Below, piece by piece: positions 42,500-52,291 of a stretch of 64,000 nt of DNA (within the stretch, counting starts at the first letter, position 1; each line of letters begins with the position of its first letter). The notes beneath the pieces are model-generated. The model worked only from the letters and a program-made list of their open reading frames with translations. It had not been told where the DNA came from and made no database searches. Both the position numbers and the translations under genes were made by a program. Source of the stretch: Candidatus Acidiferrales bacterium (GTDB lineage: Bacteria > Acidobacteriota > Terriglobia > Acidiferrales > UBA7541); the NCBI GenBank assembly GCA_035603415.1, contig DATNKL010000010.1, positions 16,192-80,191 of the forward strand. The letters are read 5' to 3'.

Positions 42500-43981
42500 A
42501 TGCAAGGCACGGTGAAGGCTGAGATCCGAACGTATAAGAATTTCGTCAACGGAGAATGGGTGGCCAGCGCTTCCGGCGAAACTTTTGCGGTTTACGATCC
42601 TTCCACGGAAGAAGTCATCGCGCAGGTGCCCTCCTCGAACGCTGCCGATGTGGATCGCGCGGTAAAAGCCGCGCGCGCCGCGTTTGATTCCGGTCCGTGG
42701 GGGCAGACCAACGCCGCCGAGCGCGGCCGCATTTTATTCAAGCTCGCCGAAAAAATTCGCCAGAACACCGCCATGCTTGCGGAACTGGAATCGCGCAACT
42801 CCGGGAAGCCCATCGTCGAAGCCGAATTCGACATCGCGGATGTCGCCACTTGCTTTGAATATTACGGCGGCTTGGCCAACAAAGTTTTGGGCCACGTAAA
42901 TCCCGTGCCTGCCAATGCGCTCAGCTTTACCTTGCGCGAGCCCGTCGGCGTCGCGGCGCAAATCATTCCCTGGAATTATCCGTTGTTGATGGCCGCGTGG
43001 AAGCTGGCGCCGGCGCTCGCGGCGGGTTGCACCTGCGTGCTCAAGCCCGCGGAGCAAACTCCGCTGACGGCGCTTGAATTTGCCACCTGGTTCGAAGACG
43101 TGGGCTTGCCGCCCGGCGTTGTAAATATCGTGAATGGTTTCGGCGAGACCTGCGGCGCTGCGCTGGTCGCGCACCCCGGCGTGGATAAGATCGCGTTCAC
43201 AGGCAGCGCGGCCGTCGGCAAAATAATCGTGAAAAGTGCGGCGGACACCTTAAAGCGCGTGACTCTTGAGCTAGGCGGCAAATCGCCGAATATTTTCTTC
43301 GATGGCGCGGATTGGGAAGCCGCCGTGGACGGCGCGCTCTTCGGCGTGTTCATCAATCAAGGCGAAGTATGTTCGGCGGGCAGCCGCATTCTGGTGGAAA
43401 AGAAAATTTATTCAAAGTTTGTGGAAGCCATGACGGAAAAAGCCAAGCGCATTCAGTTGGGTGCGCCGCTCGAGCGCGGCACAAAAATGGGTCCGTTGGT
43501 CAGCAAGGAACAATACGATCGCGTCAGCGCTTATCTGGAAATCGGAAAGAAAGAAGCCAAGGTGGCCATCGGCGGCGGCCGGCCAAAGCAATTTGGCAAA
43601 GGTTACTACCTCGAGCCCACGATTTTTTACGACGTCGACAATAATGCGCGAATTTCGCGCGAAGAGATTTTTGGCCCGGTGGCTTCGGTAATTCCTTTCG
43701 ATGATGAAGCCGGAGCGATCCGCATCGCCAACGATACCCCTTACGGATTGGCTGCCGCGGTGTGGACCCGCGATATTTACAAGGCCTTTCGCGTGGTGAA
43801 AGCGGTGCGCGCCGGCATTGTCTGGGTGAATCACATGCAGCCCACTTATGTGGAAGCCCCCTGGGGCGGCTACAAACAATCCGGATTCGGGCGCGAGTTG
43901 GGGCCGTGGGGTCTGGAAGAATATCTCGAAACCAAGCAGGTGTTCGTCAATCTCGATGAAACGCCCATCGCCTGGTATTAG
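42500..43981 (+). CDS. Aminoaldehyde/betaine-aldehyde-type NAD+ aldehyde dehydrogenase
   Basis: IIPWNYP, FTGS, LELGGKSP, NQGEVC, EEIFGPV and PWGGYKQSG. Confidence 0.9.
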   Translation: MQGTVKAEIRTYKNFVNGEWVASASGETFAVYDPSTEEVIAQVPSSNAADVDRAVKAARAAFDSGPWGQTNAAERGRILFKLAEKIRQNTAMLAELESRNSGKPIVEAEFDIADVATCFEYYGGLANKVLGHVNPVPANALSFTLREPVGVAAQIIPWNYPLLMAAWKLAPALAAGCTCVLKPAEQTPLTALEFATWFEDVGLPPGVVNIVNGFGETCGAALVAHPGVDKIAFTGSAAVGKIIVKSAADTLKRVTLELGGKSPNIFFDGADWEAAVDGALFGVFINQGEVCSAGSRILVEKKIYSKFVEAMTEKAKRIQLGAPLERGTKMGPLVSKEQYDRVSAYLEIGKKEAKVAIGGGRPKQFGKGYYLEPTIFYDVDNNARISREEIFGPVASVIPFDDEAGAIRIANDTPYGLAAAVWTRDIYKAFRVVKAVRAGIVWVNHMQPTYVEAPWGGYKQSGFGRELGPWGLEEYLETKQVFVNLDETPIAWY

Positions 43982-43999
43982 CTTCAAAGGAAAAAGAAC

Positions 44000-45358
44000 A
44001 TGAGCTCCATTCAGCTTCGAACGGAAATTCCCGGGCCTCGTTCACGCGCGTTGATGGCGCGGCGTGAAGCGGCGATACCGCGCGGGCCGTATCATTCCAC
44101 GCCCATTTTTGCGGCCAAAGCCGAGGGCGCCATTCTGGAAGACGTGGACGGCAACCGCTTCATCGACTTCGCCGGAGGCATCGGTTGCGCAAACATGGGA
44201 CATCGCAGCGCTCCGGTCATGGCCGCGATTCGCGAGCAGATCGAAAAATATTTGCATTTATGCTTTAGCGTGACGCCTTATGAACCTTACGTTGCGGTAG
44301 CGGAAAAGCTGAACGCGTTGGCGCCCGGAAAATTCGCGAAGAAAACCTTTATCGTGAACACCGGCGCGGAAGCGGTGGAAAATTCCATCAAGATTGCGCG
44401 CGCTTATACCAAGCGTCCCGCGGTGATCTGTTTCAATGACGCGTTTCACGGGCGCACGCTGCTGGCCATGTCGCTGACCAGCAAAACGAATCCGTACAAA
44501 GAAGGATTCGCGCCTTTCGTGAACGATATCTACCGCATCCCTTACGCCTACTGCTACCGCTGTTCCTATAATCTGACTTATCCGTCGTGCAAAATGACCT
44601 GCGCGCATGCGCTTGAAGACGCCTTCAAACGGCTGGTGCCCGCGGACTCCGTGGCAGCCGTGCTTGTTGAACCAATTCTTGGCGAAGGCGGCTTCGTCAC
44701 TCCGCCCAAAGAATTTTTCGGCATCATTCAGGAAATCTGCCGCAAGCACGGCATTGTTTTCATCGCCGATGAAGTGCAATCGGGCATCGGTCGCACTGGA
44801 AAGTTTTTTGCCATTGAACATTATGGCGTGGAGCCCGACCTGATCGTCACCGCGAAATCGCTGGGTGGAGGCTTGCCCATCGCGGCAGTTACCGGACGCG
44901 CGGAAATTATGGATGCACCGGGGGTAGGCGGGCTGGGCAGCACCTTCGCAGGCAATCCCGCATCGTGTGCCGCTGCGCTGGCGGCCATTGAAATGATGCA
45001 AAGCGACGAGTTGTTGCAGCGTTCTACCGCGATCGGCAAAGTATTTGAGGCGCGCGCACGCGAGTGGCAAAAAAAATGGCCGCTCGTTGGAGAAATTCGC
45101 GGCATCGGCGGAATGTGCGCGATGGAGCTGGTGCGCAATCGTGAAACGCGCGAACCCGCGGATGCCGAGACCAAAGAGATCGCGCATTATTGCTACGAGC
45201 ACGGCCTCATTACCATTACCGCGGGCACCTACAACAACGTGATGCGCATTTTAGTGCCGTTGGCCATCACCGACGAGCAGCTCGATGAAGGTCTGCGGGT
45301 GATGGAAGCGGCTTTGGCCACTGTGTCGGATCGCACTCCTGCGATGTCACACGCTTAG
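44000..45358 (+). CDS. gabT: 4-aminobutyrate--2-oxoglutarate transaminase
   Basis: IDFAGGIG, TGAEAVEN..KIAR, AFHGRT, EP.LGEGGF, ADEVQSG and AKSLGGG. Confidence 0.88.
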   Translation: MSSIQLRTEIPGPRSRALMARREAAIPRGPYHSTPIFAAKAEGAILEDVDGNRFIDFAGGIGCANMGHRSAPVMAAIREQIEKYLHLCFSVTPYEPYVAVAEKLNALAPGKFAKKTFIVNTGAEAVENSIKIARAYTKRPAVICFNDAFHGRTLLAMSLTSKTNPYKEGFAPFVNDIYRIPYAYCYRCSYNLTYPSCKMTCAHALEDAFKRLVPADSVAAVLVEPILGEGGFVTPPKEFFGIIQEICRKHGIVFIADEVQSGIGRTGKFFAIEHYGVEPDLIVTAKSLGGGLPIAAVTGRAEIMDAPGVGGLGSTFAGNPASCAAALAAIEMMQSDELLQRSTAIGKVFEARAREWQKKWPLVGEIRGIGGMCAMELVRNRETREPADAETKEIAHYCYEHGLITITAGTYNNVMRILVPLAITDEQLDEGLRVMEAALATVSDRTPAMSHA

Positions 45359-45409
45359 CACCGCGTCAAAAGTCTTCACGCGATTCACGCCGCACGCGCG
45401 GCTGACGAC

Positions 45410-46495
45410 TTATTTGTTGATGTCGTCTTTGGCTTCCAGGCGCTTCAGCATCGGTTGCAGAAATGTCTTTTGTTGATCAGGCGCGGCCGCAATGGACAGC
45501 TTCATTTCCTTCACCGCTACCTCGAAGTTTCCGGAACCGGATGCGACGCGCGCCGTGCCGAGGTGCGTGATCCAATGATCGGGAAACTGCTTGGCATCCC
45601 GGCGATAAAGTTCGAACGCCTTATCCTGTTGTTTCTGCCGCTGCAGTCCCCTCGCGTAGACGTATAACTGGATAGCGTTCGCTTTATCGAGCGCCAGCGT
45701 GAGCGTCGCGGCGGCTTCCTGCTTTTTATCCATGGCGTCGAGGATGCGCGATTTCGTCTCCAGATTTTCGAAGCGTTCTTCATTTTGCAGAGAAGTGTCT
45801 TCCCACTTCAGCGCTTCGTCCAGTTTGTAGTTGTTGTCCAGGTTCCAATTCGCGGCTTCGTCGTAACCGGCCCAGCTAAATCCGCCAACATTGCGCAACT
45901 GGTTGGCGATGCTGCGGTCGGTGATGGCGTTGGTGTCCACTTTAATGTGAAACGGGACGGCAGTTTTGCCCCACCGCAGCGTCACCGCTGTGGAATCAGG
46001 CTTCATGTCATCGAAGGTGTAGGCCAGCGCATCGCGATTTTCTACCGCAGCGGGTTTTACATTGACGCGCAAAGCGTCTTCTTTTTCGTCATAACTGAAG
46101 CTGCCCCATGAAGTGGAATTCTTAGAAAATACGATGGTCCACTGATCGGCGTTGGGGATCATGTGCAACCCGTAGGTGCCTGCGGCAAGCGGATGGCCTT
46201 CGACACTAGCGTCGTCAGTCAGGGAAATAGTGGTATTTTCGTTCGCGCCGGCGCGCCACACCTGTCCGTAAGGAACGGTTTTCCCGAAGAGCTCGCGTCC
46301 ACCAGCCAATGGCGCGTGATAAATGATGGTGATATCAGTGAGGCCGACGCGTTGCGTGATCTGCGCTCGTTGGCTGAGCCTGGGAAGATTTAACTCCGTA
46401 GCCTGGCTGCCATTTTTAAATTGCGCGCGCGCCGGTCGCGCTCCGGCCAACACGGTAAGCGAAACAGCAACGATCAGCCCGCAGAAATTACGCAT
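45410..46495 (-). CDS. Secreted DUF2911-domain protein with a TPR C-terminus
   Basis: QRVGLTDITIIYH.P, VPYGQVWRAGANENT and WGSFSY. Confidence 0.85.
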   Translation of the reverse strand: MRNFCGLIVAVSLTVLAGARPARAQFKNGSQATELNLPRLSQRAQITQRVGLTDITIIYHAPLAGGRELFGKTVPYGQVWRAGANENTTISLTDDASVEGHPLAAGTYGLHMIPNADQWTIVFSKNSTSWGSFSYDEKEDALRVNVKPAAVENRDALAYTFDDMKPDSTAVTLRWGKTAVPFHIKVDTNAITDRSIANQLRNVGGFSWAGYDEAANWNLDNNYKLDEALKWEDTSLQNEERFENLETKSRILDAMDKKQEAAATLTLALDKANAIQLYVYARGLQRQKQQDKAFELYRRDAKQFPDHWITHLGTARVASGSGNFEVAVKEMKLSIAAAPDQQKTFLQPMLKRLEAKDDINK

Positions 46496-46785
46496 AGGAG
46501 GCTCCTTTGTGGTGTCGACAAATTCCTACCCAGCATTTGTGCTGCTCGGTCCAAGGCTCGAGAGGACGCGCAGAAATGCCGCTGTCCACTTGATCGGCAT
46601 AGACGCGCGGAAAGCAAAACCGTGAGCAGATAGCCGGGATTCTAAGTAATTTGGCCTGATGCAAACACGTTTCGTTCGCAAGAGGCTCCCAATATTGCGA
46701 TTGGCGCCGGGAACTTTCGCCGATTTATGAATTGATTAGAATTGGTAGATGAAAATGAACTGAATGCTATGCTGAAGCGAGGTTG

Positions 46786-48150
46786 CTATTTAATCCACAC
46801 CGTTTTTATATTTGTAAACTCGCGAATGCCGTTGACGCTCAATTCACGGCCATGGCCCGAACGCTTCACTCCGCCGAACGGCACGCGCGGATCGGATGCC
46901 ACCATCTGGTTGATAAAAACCATACCGGCTTCCAGCTCCTTGATGAACAAATCGCGCTCGCGATCATCATTGGTCCAGGCGCTGGCTCCCAGGCCGTAAC
47001 GATGGTCGTTGGCGACGCGCACGGCGTCCTGGGCATTTTTCACTCGAAATAGCGAAGCAACCGGCCCAAACAATTCTTCGCTGCCCGCTGGCGAATTCTT
47101 GGGTATGTTGGTGAGCACCGTCGGCGGATAAAAATAGCCGGGCCCTCCATTTGGCTTTCCGCCGGTTAAAACTTTTGCGCCCGCGTCGATGGACTTTTGT
47201 ACATCGGCTTGCAGCGATTCCACCGCGCCTGCTGTAGCCAGCGGGCCCACATCAGTTTTTGCGTCCATCGGATCGCCAACTTTCAGCGATTCCATTTTGC
47301 TGACGAAGGCGCGCTCAAACTTTTCGGCAATTTCTTCGGCGATGATGAAACGCTTCGCGGCGATACAGGACTGTCCGTTATTTCCCACCCGCGCTTTCAC
47401 CGCGGTAGCCACCGCGTCGTCCAGATTCGCGCTGGGCATTACGATGAATGGATCGCTGCCGCCCAGTTCCAGCACAACTTTTTTAATGCGCTTGGCGGCG
47501 GACATCCCCACTTGCTTGCCGGCTTCTTCGCTGCCCGTCAGAGTGGCGGCCTGGATGCGCGGATCGTTCAAAATTCCATCCACTTCCTTGACCCCGATCA
47601 GCAAGGTTTGAAAAGCGCCCTCGGGAAATCCGGCGCGCAGCATAATCTCTTCAATTTTCAGCGCGCACTGCGGAACGTTGGAGGCATGCTTGAGCACGCC
47701 AACATTTCCGGCCATCAAGCCCGGCGCGATAAAACGAAAAACCTGCCAGAAAGGATAATTCCAGGGCATCACTACCAAGATGGGACCGAGAGGTTGGTAA
47801 TGCACGTAGCTGCGGCTGGCGGTGGTCTCGATCACTTCATCCGCCATGAACCGTTCCGCGTTTTCCGCGTAATAGCGACAGCCCCACGCGGATTTCACCG
47901 CTTCATCCACCGCGGACCGATAAGTCTTGCCCATTTCCAGGGTCATCAATTTGCCGAGCGATTCCTTTTCGCTCTCCAGAATGTCCGCGACCTTATTCAT
48001 CATCCGTGCGCGTTCTGCAAAGCTGGTCTTGCGAAATGTTTCAAAGGTCTTCGCTGCCAGGCTCAGTTTCGCTTCGATCTGCGCAGCGGTGAGCGGCTCA
48101 AACGTTTTCAGAACTTCTCCCGTCGCGGGATTAATCGAAGCGATTGCCAT
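46786..48150 (-). CDS. gabD: Succinate-semialdehyde dehydrogenase (Sad/GabD1 type)
   Basis: SINPATGE, MPWNYPFWQVFRF, KHASNVP, LELGGSDPF and NNGQSCIAAKRF. Confidence 0.88.
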   Translation of the reverse strand: MAIASINPATGEVLKTFEPLTAAQIEAKLSLAAKTFETFRKTSFAERARMMNKVADILESEKESLGKLMTLEMGKTYRSAVDEAVKSAWGCRYYAENAERFMADEVIETTASRSYVHYQPLGPILVVMPWNYPFWQVFRFIAPGLMAGNVGVLKHASNVPQCALKIEEIMLRAGFPEGAFQTLLIGVKEVDGILNDPRIQAATLTGSEEAGKQVGMSAAKRIKKVVLELGGSDPFIVMPSANLDDAVATAVKARVGNNGQSCIAAKRFIIAEEIAEKFERAFVSKMESLKVGDPMDAKTDVGPLATAGAVESLQADVQKSIDAGAKVLTGGKPNGGPGYFYPPTVLTNIPKNSPAGSEELFGPVASLFRVKNAQDAVRVANDHRYGLGASAWTNDDRERDLFIKELEAGMVFINQMVASDPRVPFGGVKRSGHGRELSVNGIREFTNIKTVWIK

Positions 48151-48459
48151 GTTGACTGGGCCTCCGGAGGCGCAATAGTGTGAGCTCTTGCTTGGGTTCG
48201 TTGTATGTCGTGCTTATAAATTATATGTGTTCTACAAGAAAAATGTTGGCGCCGGGCTTCCAGTCGGAAGACTTCCCGGAGGGGCATCTGGCTACAATGA
48301 AAGTGCGCCGCGATCTTCGCGAGCTTCGGCCTCGCGACTTGGTTAATATTCAATTTTCCTATGGGTGCAGGGTTCCGACGAGCATCCCGGTTAAACACTC
48401 GGAACAATCCACGTATTTGTTCGGCGCACTTCAGGGATTGGTATGTGTAAGGACCAGGG

Positions 48460-49851
48460 TTATCTCAGATGCTCCTTGCGAATGCTTTCAAAGGTGTGAA
48501 GGATCAAGTAGGCCACTTCGGCTTGAATGCGTTGATCCAGATTTGAACCTTGCACGTAATGCAAACTTTCGTTGACCTCCGTTTGTTCCAGAAGGCCCAA
48601 AGATTGCCCGCAATACCAGGGACGAAAAACGCGCGAGCTCCACATATAGCCAGCTTCAGCTGTACTTTCGTTCACGTGCGCGCCGTTCACGTACAGCACC
48701 AGATCGTACGGCGCTTTGTCCACCAACTGAACATCTTGCACCGCTCTTAGATTCTTCGCATAGGTGGCTACCACAGCTTCAGGAGTGTCTTTCTCCGTCC
48801 ACAGATAAATGCGGATCTTGCCATTCCTCGGACCCAGGTTGACGCACGGAGGCTGGCCCGCTTTTGGCAACGACGAAGCCAGCGCAGGCGGCAGACTTGG
48901 CGGGCTGGTCACGGAATTAGGCGGCCCTGAGTTGGAATTGTTCGCGTTGTCGCCCTTGCCCTGAGCGTTGCCGTCCTGTTCACTGCGAATCTCATTGCGC
49001 GTAGCGTTGCCCGCTTCGCCGGCGCCGCCGATATTATCCGCGGCCCGGTTTTGCGCATCCTCCGCTGCCGCATTTGGCGATTGGCCCGCTTTTGAAACGT
49101 TGACTGACGTGGCCTTGCGCCACGGCAAGCGATGAGCGGCCACGCCAATCGCCAACAGCACCGCCAGACCCGCCACCGTGCCCACCGCAACCCACCGCCA
49201 GTATCCCCACGTGGAGAAAAACTCGGTGTCTAGATTCCAACCCGAGCTGTGCTCTTTCCAAGCGGCAATTACGTCAGCGTATTTGTTCTCCTGCTTTTTC
49301 GCCTTGGATGATTTAAACGAGTCGATCAAATTCTGGACCAGCTGTTCGTCTTTTGGTTTGCCGGGCGTTTCAAGATCAGGCTTGCTCACCGTGCCAGACT
49401 GAGTTTCGCTTGGCGGCTCGACGGCTGGTTTGGCCGCAGCCGCAGCACCTTCGGCCGTGTCCAATATCATTGCCGGTTGTGCTGCTTCAGGCGAAGCAGC
49501 TTTCATCGCCAGCCATTCCCTGATCTGGCCACGCGCCGTCTCAGGAAGGTCTACGAAGCTCACGCCGACTTTTTTGGCGGAGTCGTCTCGCCACGTGACA
49601 CGCCCTTTAGCTTCAAAGTGGCGCCCAAGCTCGGGCATTTCAAAATCGACGTCTACATACTCGCCGGGGGGCTCAGACCCGAAAAGATCCAGCGCGATGC
49701 CGCCTTCGCTAAGGTCGTTCAATATCCCGTCGCCGCCGGACCCGGCCAGCAGCACATAGAGACGCGGCGTAATGGCCCGCCGCTGGTGCACACGACGATC
49801 CGCGCCGTTAGCTCCAGGCGGGTGCTCGCCATCAGGAGACAAATTAGTCAT
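48460..49851 (-). CDS. PilZ-domain membrane protein with an extracytoplasmic domain
   Basis: DRRVHQRR (RxxxR) and DLSEGG (D/NxSxxG), then a TM and a C-terminal domain with two Cys. Confidence 0.82.
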   Translation of the reverse strand: MTNLSPDGEHPPGANGADRRVHQRRAITPRLYVLLAGSGGDGILNDLSEGGIALDLFGSEPPGEYVDVDFEMPELGRHFEAKGRVTWRDDSAKKVGVSFVDLPETARGQIREWLAMKAASPEAAQPAMILDTAEGAAAAAKPAVEPPSETQSGTVSKPDLETPGKPKDEQLVQNLIDSFKSSKAKKQENKYADVIAAWKEHSSGWNLDTEFFSTWGYWRWVAVGTVAGLAVLLAIGVAAHRLPWRKATSVNVSKAGQSPNAAAEDAQNRAADNIGGAGEAGNATRNEIRSEQDGNAQGKGDNANNSNSGPPNSVTSPPSLPPALASSLPKAGQPPCVNLGPRNGKIRIYLWTEKDTPEAVVATYAKNLRAVQDVQLVDKAPYDLVLYVNGAHVNESTAEAGYMWSSRVFRPWYCGQSLGLLEQTEVNESLHYVQGSNLDQRIQAEVAYLILHTFESIRKEHLR

Positions 49852-50012
49852 TACTCCGATGTTACGTGATGGTTACAAGTCAATCAACGCCCGTCATCGC
49901 GGCAGGCACCCCCCCGGTCTGAGCCATCCCCGGGTCTGCACTCGCTGCATGTACCACGCCGAGGACCCCCAGGCTTGACCGCTGGATGTGGGCAGAATAC
50001 TATCCCCCAGAC

Positions 50013-52256
50013 ATGAACGGTTCCGACTCCCGCATTGGGCAAACCATTTCGCATTATAAAGTCACACGAACGCTAGGCAGTGGTGGGATGGGTGTGGTGT
50101 ACGAGGCCGAGGATGCCTTGCTCGGCCGGCGTGTGGCCGTGAAATTCCTGCCGGAAGCTATGGCGCAGGACAGTCAGCTGATTGAGCGCTTTCAGAGAGA
50201 AGCGCGCGCGGCATCGGCGCTGAATCATCCGAATATCTGCACCATCCACGCCATTGAACAGCATGGCGGGCAGCACTTCATCGTCATGGAGTTGCTGGAA
50301 GGGCAGACGCTGGGGCAGGTGATGACGCGCCAGCCTTTTGCCATCGACAAACTGCTGCCGATGGCCATTCAGATTGCCGATGCGCTGGAGTCGGCCCACG
50401 CGAAAGGAATTGTGCACCGCGACATTAAGCCGGCGAACCTCTTTGTGACCGGCCGCGGACAGGTGAAGGTGCTGGACTTTGGCCTGGCGCAGATTGGCTC
50501 CACGGAGATTTTGCCGCTGGGCGCGACGCCTTCGAAGATGGATACGATGGCGGGTAACGGGCTGACATCGCCGGGCTCGGCGGTGGGCACTGTTTTATAC
50601 ATGTCACCGGAACAGGCTCGCGGACAGTTGGTGGACGCGCGGACCGATCTGTTTTCGCTAGGGACGGTGCTGTACCAGATGGCCAGCGGGAAAACGCCTT
50701 TTCAGGGCGACACTTCGGCAGTCATTTTTGATGCCATCCTGAATCGCGAGCCGGTGCCCATTGCGGTGGAGAATCCCGCGGTGCCTGCGCAGCTGGGACA
50801 GATTTTAGCCAAGCTTCTGGAGAAAGACCGCACGCTGCGATGTCAGTCAGCGACGGAGTTGAAGACCGACCTGAACCGGCTCAAGCGGGACCTGGAATCG
50901 GGAAACAAACAAGCCGCCAACCTGAGCGACAGCAAAAGCGGGACGGCCAAGTTGAGTCCCAGCACGAAATCGGTGGCGGTACTTTATTTTGAAAACTTGA
51001 GCGGCGTGAGAGAAGACGAGTACCTGCGCGATGGAATTACCGAAGACATCATCACGGAATTATCGAAGATTCGCGGGATAAATACGTATTCGCGGCCGAC
51101 CGTGCTGGCATATCGCGACAAGCAAGTGACGCCGGGTCAGGTCGGCCAGCAACTTAAAGCGGCTTATGTCTTGACCGGAAGTTTGCGGCGTGCGGGAACC
51201 CGCTTGAGGATTACTACGCAACTGGTGGACACCAATACGGATTTTCCGCTATGGAGCGAGCGCTACGATCGCGAGATGAAGGATGTGTTCGAGGTACAGG
51301 ACGAAATTGCGCGGAAGATCGCGGAAGCGCTGCGCGTGACGCTGTCGCCGCAGGAGCTGGAAGCGCTGGCCATCAAGCCCACCGAGAATCTGCAGGCCTA
51401 CGACTTGTATTTGCGCGGGAAGCGCTACGCGCGGCGGCAAACGCGCCAGGACCTGGAATTTGCGCTGCAGATGTTTGAAAACGCGGTAAGCATTGATCCA
51501 AGTTTTGCGCTGGCATATGCGGCCTGCGCGAACGCTTGCGCGATGTTCTATTGCAATTACAGCCGCGATCCCATTTGGGTGGAGCGCGCGAGAGATGCCT
51601 CGGGCAAAGCTGTGGCTTTGCGCTGGGACCTGCCGGAGGTGCAGGTCAGCCAGGCCTGGGTGCTTTACGCAACCGATTTGCACGCGGAAGCCGTGCGCAT
51701 GGTGCAGAAGGCCATCGAACGGAAGAGAGATTGCGAGGGCGCCTATTATCTTTTATGCCGCGCGCTGTTTTCCGCCGGGCGCTACCGGGAAGTGGCCGAC
51801 GCCGCCGAGATAGCGCTGGAAGCTAGCGGGGAAGATTACAACGTGTATGTACCAATCTTGAATGCGCTCGGAGCGCTGGGCAAACAAGAGATCAGGAATA
51901 ATATCCAGCTGCGCGCGGTGGCCGCATTTGAAAACCACCTGAAGCAAGTTCCGGAAGATGCGCGGGCGCGCATTTTGGTGGCTGGATATTATGCCGAAGT
52001 TGGTCGCGTGGACGATGCCATGCGTGAAACAACTATGGCCATGACTTTGCGCGCCAATGAGGCTTCGATTCTTTACAATGCAGCCTGCGTTTTTTGTTTG
52101 CTCAAGAAGAAGCTTGAAGCCCTTGATGCCCTGCGCAAAGCGTTTGATGCAGGATTCAAAGATCCGAACTGGGCGCGCCGCGACCCGGATATGGCGCTGC
52201 TCCGCGGCGACCCTGAATTTGAACGCATGTACCCCGCGTCGGAAACGACAAATTAG
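50013..52256 (+). CDS. Ser/Thr kinase with a TolB-N-like domain and TPR repeats
   Basis: [26 protein letters not shown] and SVAVLYFEN; TPR tail YNAAC...DPD. Confidence 0.92.
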   Translation: MNGSDSRIGQTISHYKVTRTLGSGGMGVVYEAEDALLGRRVAVKFLPEAMAQDSQLIERFQREARAASALNHPNICTIHAIEQHGGQHFIVMELLEGQTLGQVMTRQPFAIDKLLPMAIQIADALESAHAKGIVHRDIKPANLFVTGRGQVKVLDFGLAQIGSTEILPLGATPSKMDTMAGNGLTSPGSAVGTVLYMSPEQARGQLVDARTDLFSLGTVLYQMASGKTPFQGDTSAVIFDAILNREPVPIAVENPAVPAQLGQILAKLLEKDRTLRCQSATELKTDLNRLKRDLESGNKQAANLSDSKSGTAKLSPSTKSVAVLYFENLSGVREDEYLRDGITEDIITELSKIRGINTYSRPTVLAYRDKQVTPGQVGQQLKAAYVLTGSLRRAGTRLRITTQLVDTNTDFPLWSERYDREMKDVFEVQDEIARKIAEALRVTLSPQELEALAIKPTENLQAYDLYLRGKRYARRQTRQDLEFALQMFENAVSIDPSFALAYAACANACAMFYCNYSRDPIWVERARDASGKAVALRWDLPEVQVSQAWVLYATDLHAEAVRMVQKAIERKRDCEGAYYLLCRALFSAGRYREVADAAEIALEASGEDYNVYVPILNALGALGKQEIRNNIQLRAVAAFENHLKQVPEDARARILVAGYYAEVGRVDDAMRETTMAMTLRANEASILYNAACVFCLLKKKLEALDALRKAFDAGFKDPNWARRDPDMALLRGDPEFERMYPASETTN

Positions 52257-52291
52257 CCATAACTCCTCGCGCCCGAGGCTCCCAGCGGCCG

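Noticed and set aside
48151-48459. ORFs 48180-48575 (+) and 48108-48407 (-)
   Set aside because: They overlap neighbouring genes and have no recognisable motif or RBS. Treated as intergenic, though a decayed gene is possible.
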